Assembly (NCBI GenBank): GCA_044868695.1
Contig: JBIOWP010000136.1
Span: 1 to 19,125 of the forward strand
From: a bacterium
GTDB lineage: Bacteria > Sysuimicrobiota > Sysuimicrobiia > Sysuimicrobiales > Kaftiobacteriaceae
Direction of reading: 5' to 3'
Length of the DNA stretch: 19,125 nt
The notes under the pieces are model-generated. The model had not been told where the DNA came from and did not search any database. It saw nothing but the letters and a program-made list of their open reading frames with translations. Every line of letters begins with the position of its first letter. Position 1 is the stretch's first letter. Below are positions 1-7,588 of the stretch, in pieces. The position numbers and the translations under genes are program-made.

Positions 1-722
1 GCGCCCTCTTCCACGATCACGCCCTCATCCATGAAGAGAATGCGGTCGGCCACCTCGCGGGCAAACCCCATTTCGTGCGTGACGACAATCATCGTCATCC
101 CGGCCTCCTTCGCCAGCCCGCGCATGACGTCCAGCACCTCTTGGATCATCTCCGGGTCGAGCGCCGACGTCGGTTCGTCGAAAAGCATGATCTTCGGCTG
201 CATCGCCAGGGCCCGCGCGATGGCCACGCGCTGCTGCTGGCCCCCGGACAGCAGCGCCGGGTACACCCGCGCCTTCTCCGGAATCCCTACCCGGTCCAAC
301 AGCTCCATCGCGACGCGTTCTGCCCGGTGCTGCGGCCACTTCCGGACGCGAACCGGCGCCAGGGTGATGTTCTGCAGGGCGGTGAGGTGTGGAAACAGGT
401 TGAACGACTGAAACACCATGCCGACTTCGCTGCGCACGGCATCGATATTGCGGACATCGTCGGTCAGCTCGATGTGGTCGACGACGATCCGGCCGCGCTC
501 ATGGCTTTCCAGCCGGTTGATACAGCGGATCATGGTCGACTTTCCCGAGCCCGACGGCCCGGCCACCACCACGACTTCTCCGGCCCACACGTTCAGGTTG
601 ATCCCGCGCAGGACGTGCAGTTTGCCGAACCACTTGTGCACGCCGTCGAGCAGGATGATCGGCTCGCCGCCGTGCCCCCGCGGCTCCGTATCCGTCCTGG
701 GCTGCGTCATCGTCGCACTCAC
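1..722 (-). CDS. Amino-acid ABC transporter ATP-binding protein (AapP/BztD/GlnQ-like), 3' end truncated by the window edge
   Basis: Not in the ORF track because it has no stop in the window. Manual translation gives (V)[10 protein letters not shown]...[16 protein letters not shown]...GPSGSGKST (Walker A)...[12 protein letters not shown] (Q-loop)...[15 protein letters not shown] (ABC signature)...[13 protein letters not shown] (Walker B)...[14 protein letters not shown] (H-switch). GTG at 722 is preceded by SD GAGGTG; alternative ATG at 710. Confidence 0.95.
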   Translation of the reverse strand, partial: MSATMTQPRTDTEPRGHGGEPIILLDGVHKWFGKLHVLRGINLNVWAGEVVVVAGPSGSGKSTMIRCINRLESHERGRIVVDHIELTDDVRNIDAVRSEVGMVFQSFNLFPHLTALQNITLAPVRVRKWPQHRAERVAMELLDRVGIPEKARVYPALLSGGQQQRVAIARALAMQPKIMLFDEPTSALDPEMIQEVLDVMRGLAKEAGMTMIVVTHEMGFAREVADRILFMDEGVIVEEG

Positions 723-768
723 CGAAGCTCACCTCATCCCCTCATCCAGTGTACACGCATACGGGCGT

Positions 769-1785
769 CTAGCGTTCCCCCAACCCCAACCGCTTCTCCA
801 GCCTCCGGCTGGCAGACGACATCGCGTACGAGAACACGAAGTAGACGACCAGCAAGAACACGTAGACTTCGCGCACGTCGTGCAGGTACAGTGTGATGGC
901 CAGCAGAGCCCGGCCGGTGCCCACCAGCTCCGTGAGCCCGATGATCACCGCCAGGGACGTATCCTTGAAGAGGCTGATGAACTGTCCCACGAGGGCCGGA
1001 ATCATGTTCTTGACCGCCTGCGGCAGCACGACGTCGCGCATCGTCAGGAATCCCGACAGGCCCAGCGCCCGCGCGGCTTCGACCTGGCCGCGGGGGACCG
1101 ACTGAATGCCGGCGCGGACGATCTCGCCGACGTAGGCGGAGGTGAAAATGATCATGGCAATCATCGCGCGCTGCACCTTCGAGAGCGCGTCGCCGGACAC
1201 CAGCGTCACGAAGACCGAGAACCACAGGAGCACGGTGATGAACGGAATCCCGCGGATCGCCTCGATGTACACCGTCGCGAGCACGCGGACGGCGGGGAGC
1301 CGGCTCACGCGCCCCATCCCCACCAGCACCCCGATCGGGAACGACCCCGCGATGGCCGCCACGGCCAGCAGCAGCGTGAGGTACAGGCCGCCGATCTGAT
1401 CCAGCCGCACCGGCCCCATCACCCACGCCGCGGCGACCAGGATGCCGGCCCAGGCCCCGGCCAGGGTGACGGGCCGCACACGGGCGCGGACGCCGCCGAT
1501 CGTGAGCAGCACCATCGCCGCGATCAGCCCGCCGGCCCAGAACGCGCGCCCGGCCAGCTCCACCGGCATCAACCCGACCAGCCAGAACCGGAGATTGGAC
1601 GTGATCACCGCCCAGTGCCCGCGCGCCGCCCACTGCCAGAAGCGCCCGGCCAGGAGCAGCAGCGCGGACGACGCGGCGACCGTCAGCACTGTATTGCCCA
1701 GCCCGTCGAACAGATTGCGGCGCAGCCACTGTTGAGGTGTCAGACGCATCTGCGGGGGCGGCACCATCTGGACTTGCGTGGCCAC
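769..1785 (-). CDS. Amino-acid ABC transporter permease (AapM/BztC-like)
   Basis: 338 aa with many hydrophobic segments, YIEAIRGIP, EAA loop (AYVGEIVRAGIQSVPRGQVEAARALG) and FISLFKDTSL. GTG start with SD GGAGGT. Confidence 0.93.
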   Translation of the reverse strand: MATQVQMVPPPQMRLTPQQWLRRNLFDGLGNTVLTVAASSALLLLAGRFWQWAARGHWAVITSNLRFWLVGLMPVELAGRAFWAGGLIAAMVLLTIGGVRARVRPVTLAGAWAGILVAAAWVMGPVRLDQIGGLYLTLLLAVAAIAGSFPIGVLVGMGRVSRLPAVRVLATVYIEAIRGIPFITVLLWFSVFVTLVSGDALSKVQRAMIAMIIFTSAYVGEIVRAGIQSVPRGQVEAARALGLSGFLTMRDVVLPQAVKNMIPALVGQFISLFKDTSLAVIIGLTELVGTGRALLAITLYLHDVREVYVFLLVVYFVFSYAMSSASRRLEKRLGLGER

Positions 1786-1788
1786 GGA

Positions 1789-2805
1789 CTACCTCCCCCG
1801 CTGGAGCCGGGCGCGGATGAGGTTGAGCCCGGCTGAGATGGTCAGCGAGAGCATCAAGTACGCAAGGGTCACAACGGTGAAAGACTCCAGGGATCGGAAC
1901 GACTGGCTGCTCACCGTGTTGGCGGCCGTCAGCACCTCGGCGTAGCCGACCCCGAGGGCCAGGCTGCTGTTCTTCGTCAGGTTGAGAAACTGGTTCCCCA
2001 GCGGGGGGATGATGATACGAAACGCCTGCGGCAAAATGATCAGCCGCAGCGCCTGCCGGTAACTCAACCCCAGACTGCGCGCGGCCTCCATCTGGCCGCG
2101 CGACACGGTCAGGATGCCCCCCCGCACGATCTCCGCGATGAACGCGGAGGTGTACACTCCCAGCCCGATGAGGAGGGCGGCCAGCTCGGGGGTGATCTGA
2201 GTGCCGCCGTCAACGACCAGCCGGCCGAATCGCTCCACCAGGGTTCCCCCGACAGCCAGGCCGGAGTTCGTCAGGACCACCAGCCCGCCCAGCCACTGCA
2301 GGGGCGGATGCTCAGGCGAACCGTCGGGCAGCTGGAGGAAGACCGCGAAGTACCAGAAGAAGAGCTGCACCAGCAGCGGCGTGTTGCGCAGCACTTCCAC
2401 GTATGCTAAGGCGAGCCGGCCGACCAGCCAGTTCCGCGACAGGCGCGCGACACCGACGACCACGCCGGCCACCAGGGCCAGGACAATGCCCAGCGCGGCG
2501 ACCTCCACGGTGTTGATCAGCCCCGCGAGGATCGCCTCGGCGTTGCTGTCCGTGGGCTCGTAGCGCTTGAACCGGAGCGTCTCCAGATCGACAGTCCACT
2601 CGAGCGCGCTGAGCTCGAACCCGGCCGGCTGGAAGAACACACTCCAGTCCAGCCTGATGTTCTGCCGGACGAAGCTGCGCCGCAGGGCCGCCGTGGCACC
2701 GACCAGCGCCGCAGCCACGAGCGCGACGGCCACCAGCTGCGCGATGATGGCCTGGATGCGCGTATCTCTCCAGAACGGGGGCGCGGCCTGACCCTGTCCG
2801 ATCAC
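1789..2805 (-). CDS. Amino-acid ABC transporter permease (AapQ/BztB-like)
   Basis: Motifs GVARLSRNWL, YVEVLRNTPLLVQLFFWYF, AFIAEIVRGGI...GQMEAARSLG, NQFLNLTKNSSLA. Start moved from 2856 to GTG 2805 because that codon has SD AGAGGT and the 2856 codon lies inside a hairpin. Confidence 0.92.
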   Translation of the reverse strand: MIGQGQAAPPFWRDTRIQAIIAQLVAVALVAAALVGATAALRRSFVRQNIRLDWSVFFQPAGFELSALEWTVDLETLRFKRYEPTDSNAEAILAGLINTVEVAALGIVLALVAGVVVGVARLSRNWLVGRLALAYVEVLRNTPLLVQLFFWYFAVFLQLPDGSPEHPPLQWLGGLVVLTNSGLAVGGTLVERFGRLVVDGGTQITPELAALLIGLGVYTSAFIAEIVRGGILTVSRGQMEAARSLGLSYRQALRLIILPQAFRIIIPPLGNQFLNLTKNSSLALGVGYAEVLTAANTVSSQSFRSLESFTVVTLAYLMLSLTISAGLNLIRARLQRGR

Positions 2806-2821
2806 CCGACGACCTCTAGCG

Positions 2822-2857
2822 CGTGGCGGGCTCCGGATGTCTCCGGCGCCCGCCACG
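2822..2857. other. Intergenic stem-loop between the binding-protein gene and the first permease
   Basis: CGTGGCGGGCTCCGGA-tgtc-TCCGGCGCCCGCCACG: 16-bp stem with one mismatch, 4-nt loop, no poly-U tail. Confidence 0.75.
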
Positions 2858-2887
2858 TATCGAACCTCCGGGCTTTCACTATCGAAG

Positions 2888-3901
2888 CTATCTAAACGGC
2901 CGGCTCGTCATCGCCCCGCCTCGCATCGCAAGATCGTTGCGGGTTCCCGGGCGGGTGATGGCCGTCTTCTGCCGCGGCCCGAAGTACCGGTCGTAGACCT
3001 CCCCGTAGTTGCCGACCAGCCGGAGCACACGCTGAATAGCGCCGCCCTTCAACTCGACCAGATTCTTCGCCGCGGGATCCTTCCCGGTGATCTCCGCCAG
3101 CCGTCCGGCGTCGCGGACGACGAGCTGGTTGATTCCGAGCTCCTCGGCCAGGATCATGCCCCACACCGTGTAGTTGACCACGTCGGCCCACTTGGAATCG
3201 TTTTCCTGGTAGATGGGCGCCAGCGGCTCGTCGCTGAACTCCCTGCCGACGATCTTGAACTCCGCCGGGTTGGGTGCCGTCGACGCAAAGGCCGTCAACT
3301 GGCTGGCGTCGGTCGTGAACACATCGCACCGGCCGGCCGCCATGCCGTCAAACGCCTGCTTCGCCTCGGCGAAGGTCACCAGCTGGAACCGGAAGTTGCG
3401 CTGGCGCAGCTGATCGGTCACGTTGCGCTCGCTGGTCGTCCCGGTGTGGACGCAGATGCGCGCGCCGTTGAGATCGTCCAGCCCGCCGATGCGGGAGCTC
3501 GCGCGGACCAGCAGGCGCTGGCCGTCGTAGAACGTCACCGGTCCGAAGTCCACTTGATCATCGCGCGACACCGTCTGCGTGGTCGTCCTGAACACCACAT
3601 CAACCGAGCCGGAGATGACGGCGGGGATGCGGCTGGCCGACGTCAGATTCACAAACTCGATGTCGGGCACGTCGAGGAACGAAGCGACGGCCCAGCAGAA
3701 ATCAGCATCGAACCCCACCATCCGGCCGGACACCGGATCGGGGAACGAGAAGCCCGGCGTGGTTCCCGATACGCCGCAGATCAGCTTACCGCGCGCGCGC
3801 ACCGTATCTACGCGGCTGCGCGGCTGGCCGACTACCGTGTACGAGACCGTGGCAACCGTCAGCGCAACCGCTAGCGCGTAGGCGACGACTCTGCGCACCA
3901 T
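2888..3901 (-). CDS. Amino-acid ABC transporter substrate-binding protein (AapJ/BztA-like)
   Basis: N-terminal signal peptide, then RARGKLICGVS, GFDADFCWAVA, FYDGQ, ICVHTGTTSE, GRCDVFTTDASQL, SDEPLAP, WADVVN, VGNYGEVYDR and terminal PFR. ATG at 3901 (alternative GTG 3907). Confidence 0.93.
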   Translation of the reverse strand: MVRRVVAYALAVALTVATVSYTVVGQPRSRVDTVRARGKLICGVSGTTPGFSFPDPVSGRMVGFDADFCWAVASFLDVPDIEFVNLTSASRIPAVISGSVDVVFRTTTQTVSRDDQVDFGPVTFYDGQRLLVRASSRIGGLDDLNGARICVHTGTTSERNVTDQLRQRNFRFQLVTFAEAKQAFDGMAAGRCDVFTTDASQLTAFASTAPNPAEFKIVGREFSDEPLAPIYQENDSKWADVVNYTVWGMILAEELGINQLVVRDAGRLAEITGKDPAAKNLVELKGGAIQRVLRLVGNYGEVYDRYFGPRQKTAITRPGTRNDLAMRGGAMTSRPFR

Positions 3902-3963
3902 CCCCACCCCCTAGTGATTTGTCGGTGCCTGGAGAGTACGACGCTTCGCGACCGCCTCCTCTG

Positions 3964-4479
3964 TTATCCCTGCGCAGGAGGCTCTGAACGGACCCCGCCT
4001 GATGCGGCCCGGCGGCCGAAACGGACCAGGACCGCCACTCCGGCAAGCCCCACCGCGAACGCGGCCAGCCGCGCGATCCGGCCCGCCGCAGCGGCGTCCA
4101 GACCCATCGCCTCTCCCAGCGCCGGCCCCAACAGCAGGGTGCCGACGAGGGCGGCCCCCACGGACGCCACCACGACCGCCCCAGCCGCGACGTCTTTGGC
4201 CGCCTTGGCCAGCTGGTGGCGGTTGCGCTCAACCAGGAGGTCGATGACAATCTCCACCGCGGTATTGAACAGCTCGGCCACCAGCACGATGGTCATGGCC
4301 AGCACGACGCCGGCGATGTGCGGCGGCGGGGGATGCAGCCACACCAGCACTCCCCCGATGCCGGCGGCCAGCACCAGCTGGATCCGGAACGCGCGCTGGG
4401 TCCGCGCCGCGTGGCGCAGGCCGTCGCGGGCGTAGGCAAACGCCTGCCCCAGCGATCTCCGGGTGGACGGAGGGGTCAT
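3964..4479 (-). CDS. dgkA: Diacylglycerol/undecaprenol kinase family protein (DgkA) with C-terminal extension
   Basis: FAYARDGL...QRAFRIQ...VAELFNTAVEIVIDL...AKAAKDVAAGAV match the DgkA family. ATGA overlap with the ybeY stop and SD GAGGT; conserved ybeY-dgkA synteny. Confidence 0.9.
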   Translation of the reverse strand: MTPPSTRRSLGQAFAYARDGLRHAARTQRAFRIQLVLAAGIGGVLVWLHPPPPHIAGVVLAMTIVLVAELFNTAVEIVIDLLVERNRHQLAKAAKDVAAGAVVVASVGAALVGTLLLGPALGEAMGLDAAAAGRIARLAAFAVGLAGVAVLVRFGRRAASGGVRSEPPAQG

Positions 4480-4970
4480 CCGGCGACCTCGAATCCGGCT
4501 CCCGAGGTCAGCGTCCGCTGCCGCCTGGCCATCCTGGCCGCATCGGCGGGCTCGCGGTCGTCATACCCCAGAAGGTGCAAGACTCCGTGCACCGCCAGCA
4601 ACACGATCTCCGTGCGGATGGCGTGGCGGGCTTCGCGCGCCTGGACGCGCGCTCGATCCACGGAGACTGCCACGTCGCCGAGGTACCCCTCCACGCTGTG
4701 ATCCAGGATCCGGGATCCAGGATCCAGGATCCCCCTCCTGCGCTTTCTGTCGTCCGACCTTTTGAACGAAAATGACAGCACGTCGGTCGGCCGGTCACGA
4801 CGTAAGAACCTCCGGTTCAGCCGCCGGATCGCCGCGTCGGAGACCAGCGCGATGCTGACCTCGGTGCGGTCGGCGCACCGCTGCGCCCGCAGGGCGTACG
4901 CGACGGCCCGCGCGAGCGGGCGCGCGCCAATCCCCGGGCGAGGCACGTGTGACGTCACGTTCACCTGCAT
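4476..4970 (-). CDS. ybeY: rRNA maturation factor / endoribonuclease YbeY
   Basis: IRRLNRRFLRRDRPTDVLSF, LGDVAVS and HGVLHLLGYD motifs. Start placed at ATG 4970, 16 nt after the upstream stop; the longer track ORF (to 5102) overlaps the upstream gene. Confidence 0.92.
   Translation of the reverse strand: MQVNVTSHVPRPGIGARPLARAVAYALRAQRCADRTEVSIALVSDAAIRRLNRRFLRRDRPTDVLSFSFKRSDDRKRRRGILDPGSRILDHSVEGYLGDVAVSVDRARVQAREARHAIRTEIVLLAVHGVLHLLGYDDREPADAARMARRQRTLTSGAGFEVAG
4700..4734 (+). repeat. Five tandem heptamers within ybeY
   Basis: GATCCAG GATCCGG GATCCAG GATCCAG GATCCCC, read directly. Confidence 0.9.
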
Positions 4971-4986
4971 GGTGACATGCGTAGGA

Positions 4987-7071
4987 TCAGCGGGCTGGGG
5001 CCCGGTCCCGCTGGCCGGCGCGAAGGTCGCGCTCCAGCTCCGGGTATTCCACGCGCGGGTGGAACATCGTCGCCAGCAGGCGGGTGAACGTCCTGGCAAC
5101 AACGTCCAGGTCGCGGAAGGTCAGGTCAGACTCGTTGAGCTGGCCATCGTCAAGCTTTTCTCGAATGATCCGCCGCACGGTCTGCTCAATGCGATCCGGT
5201 GTGGGGCGCGGCAGCGCCCGGGTCGCGCCCTCGGCGGCGTCGGCCACCATGACGATGGCGGTCTCCTTGCTTTGCGGCTTGGGTCCGTCATAGCGGAATC
5301 CATCCTCGTTCACCGCATCGCCCCGCTGCAGCGCCTGGTGATAGAAGTACGCGACCAGATTCGTCCCGTGGTGCTGGGGGATGAAATCGGCGACCGCCTG
5401 CGGCAACCCATGCTCCCGCGCGTAGTCCAGTCCATCCCGCACGTGTGAGATCACTGTCAAGGCGGACAGGCTCGGGGTCATCTTGTCGTGAGGGTTCTCC
5501 ACGCCGACCTGATTCTCGACAAAAAATACCGGCCGGCGGATCTTTCCGACATCGTGGTAGTAGGCTCCGACGCGGACCAGCAGGCTGTCCGCCCCGATCG
5601 CCTCGGCCGCCGCCTCGGCCAGGTTGGCGACGAGAATGCTGTGATGGTGTGTCCCGGGGGCCTCGACCTGAAGACGGCGGAGCAGCGGGTGGTTGGGGTT
5701 GCTGAGCTCGAGCAGCTTGATCGGCGTCACCAGCCCGAACAACTGCTCCAGGTACGGGAGCATTCCGATGGCGATGATGCCCACGATGATACCGTTGGCC
5801 AGACCGGAGAGGGCGTCCGCGGCCATGTCCGGGTACCACGACAGCTGGTCCAGAATGTTCACCGCCGTCACCATCACGGCGTTGACCGCGCCGACCCATG
5901 CGCCGGCCACCATCAGGTCTGTCCGGTGATTGATCCGCTTGATCGCGTAGACGCCGACGGTCGATCCGACAAAGGTCACCAGGCCCAGCCGCGCGCTGCC
6001 GCCGGCCACGGTCGCGACGAGGAGGGCGATGACCGCCGCCGTGAACAGCGCCAGCCGGGGACGGACCAGCACCGCGATCAGGACGGCGCCGGCGGCGAGG
6101 GGAATGGTGTACGGGTTCACCCGCGCGATCAGCGACCGCGCCATCCCCGCAGTCAGGATCACGGCCAGGCTCCACGCCAGTAGCAACCGGTCCTGCCTCC
6201 AGGTCGCCGGCTCATACTGGCGCATGTACGCGGCGCTCACGGCGAGCAGCATCAGCACCACCAGGGCGACCCCGAGGGGGCGCTGCCAGGAGAACGGCGC
6301 CCGCACGAGACCCAGCTCGGCAAGTTTTTGCACGTGGGCTCCGGTAATGACTTCGCCCCGGCGGACGATGACTTCCCCGCGGAGGATGCGGGTCGTAATC
6401 GGCTTCACGTCTTCCATCGCGCGGCGGCGCAGCACATCTGTCGCGCCTGTGTCCACGGCGAGGTTGGGACGCAGCGCGCCGAGCACCACGGCGCTCACCA
6501 GCGTCATGGTGCGGCCGGCCACCGGCAGCGAACCGATGGCCACGCGCGCCTCCGCCAGCGCGCGCGGGAGGTCGTCGGGCCGGATGCCCTCGCCCATCAT
6601 CCTGGCGGTGACCTGTTCGGCGGTGGCGCGGGCCACCACGAGCCCCGCGGCATCGATGCTCAGCGCGGCAAGGACTGCCGGACCATCAAGAGGAAACGGC
6701 GATTCGCGCCGCAGCAGCGCGGCGCGTTCCGCGTACGGACCGCCGGCCGCCCGCGCGCGGTCGATGGCCGCAAATGCGCGCGCCACCGCCTCCTGCGCCT
6801 CCGCGGTGTCTGCAGCCACCTGGCGGAAGACCGGCTGGATGCTGTCCGCGGCTTCGCGGCGCAGCGCGTCGGTGCGCTGGCGGTCGACGAATTCTATCGT
6901 GCGCGGGGCGGCAACATCGCGGGGGCTCACCCCTTCGCGCATCTGCAGGCGGGCCGGCAGATATGGCGCGCCGGTGACCAGCATGAGCGCAGCGAACGTC
7001 GCAGCTCCGATCGCGGCCTTCCGCGATGGCGCCTGCGCACCGGTCCACAGGCGAATCAACCGGGGCCACAT
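4987..7071 (-). CDS. pgpH: Membrane 7TM-HD (HDIG) phosphohydrolase, PgpH/YqfF family (putative c-di-AMP phosphodiesterase)
   Basis: N-terminal TM helix, extracytoplasmic domain (APRTIEFVD...GEVIVRRGEVIT), about 7 TM helices, and an HD domain with LLELSNPNHPLL, APGTHHHS, GAYYHDVGK, FFVENQ, HHGT, YDGPKPQSKE, MVADAAE. Located directly upstream of ybeY-dgkA. Start uncertain (7071, 7080 or 7098). Confidence 0.88.
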   Translation of the reverse strand: MWPRLIRLWTGAQAPSRKAAIGAATFAALMLVTGAPYLPARLQMREGVSPRDVAAPRTIEFVDRQRTDALRREAADSIQPVFRQVAADTAEAQEAVARAFAAIDRARAAGGPYAERAALLRRESPFPLDGPAVLAALSIDAAGLVVARATAEQVTARMMGEGIRPDDLPRALAEARVAIGSLPVAGRTMTLVSAVVLGALRPNLAVDTGATDVLRRRAMEDVKPITTRILRGEVIVRRGEVITGAHVQKLAELGLVRAPFSWQRPLGVALVVLMLLAVSAAYMRQYEPATWRQDRLLLAWSLAVILTAGMARSLIARVNPYTIPLAAGAVLIAVLVRPRLALFTAAVIALLVATVAGGSARLGLVTFVGSTVGVYAIKRINHRTDLMVAGAWVGAVNAVMVTAVNILDQLSWYPDMAADALSGLANGIIVGIIAIGMLPYLEQLFGLVTPIKLLELSNPNHPLLRRLQVEAPGTHHHSILVANLAEAAAEAIGADSLLVRVGAYYHDVGKIRRPVFFVENQVGVENPHDKMTPSLSALTVISHVRDGLDYAREHGLPQAVADFIPQHHGTNLVAYFYHQALQRGDAVNEDGFRYDGPKPQSKETAIVMVADAAEGATRALPRPTPDRIEQTVRRIIREKLDDGQLNESDLTFRDLDVVARTFTRLLATMFHPRVEYPELERDLRAGQRDRAPAR

Positions 7072-7078
7072 CGTTCCC

Positions 7079-7084
7079 ATTATA
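7079..7084 (-). promoter_or_regulatory. Putative -10 element (TATAAT) 7 nt upstream of ATG 7071
   Basis: Minus strand reads ttccgc-TATAAT-gggaacg-ATG. A perfect consensus in a very GC-rich context; no convincing -35. Confidence 0.6.
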
Positions 7085-7108
7085 GCGGAATCCGCCACAG
7101 GCGCTGCA

Positions 7109-7582
7109 TCACCCTCGCAACAGCTGCTGGAGGCGGTGCCGCACCGCCGGCACGGCGCGGCGCGAACGCGGGACGAGGATGATCGTATCCTCGCCGGCCA
7201 CGGTGCCGGCGACGTCCGGCCAGCGCATGTCGTCGATCGCCTGCGCCACCGGCTGGGCCCCGCCCGGATCCGTCTTGACCAGGATGAGGTCCACGGCGGA
7301 TTCGACGGCGGTCACGTATTCCGTGAACGCCCCGTGGAGGCGCTGCGCGGCACCGGGGGACGGCTCCGCGGCGGCACCCGGCGGCGCGTAGCGGGAGCGG
7401 CCGTGGGGAGACGGAACCTTCACCAGACCGAGCCGCTTGATGTCCCGGCTGACCGTGGCCTGGGTCACGCGGACCCCGCGCCGCCGCAATTCCGCCACCA
7501 GACCGGCCTGGGTCTCGATCAGTTCCTGCGCAATGAGTTGCCTGATCTTGCGTGTGCGGTCGGCCGTCCCGTCCTTGGCCAT
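7109..7582 (-). CDS. argR: Arginine repressor
   Basis: 157 aa; winged-helix motif TQAGLVAELRRRGVRVTQATVSRDIKRLGLVKV and C-terminal LILVKTDPGGAQPVA...AGTVAGEDTI. Confidence 0.96.
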   Translation of the reverse strand: MAKDGTADRTRKIRQLIAQELIETQAGLVAELRRRGVRVTQATVSRDIKRLGLVKVPSPHGRSRYAPPGAAAEPSPGAAQRLHGAFTEYVTAVESAVDLILVKTDPGGAQPVAQAIDDMRWPDVAGTVAGEDTIILVPRSRRAVPAVRHRLQQLLRG

Positions 7583-7588
7583 CCAAGG

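Noticed and set aside
25..732. Track ORFs 25-339 and 499-732 suggesting a broken gene
   Set aside because: Wrong frames. The ABC ATPase frame is open from 722 to the window edge, so it is not a pseudogene.
732..747. 8-bp tandem duplication CCTCATCC x2
   Set aside because: Only two copies, overlapping the SD region of the ATPase gene; could be chance.
3953..3962. Strong SD-like AGAGGAGG just after the dgkA stop
   Set aside because: No start codon at a suitable distance. It might be a relic of a lost gene, but there is no supporting evidence.
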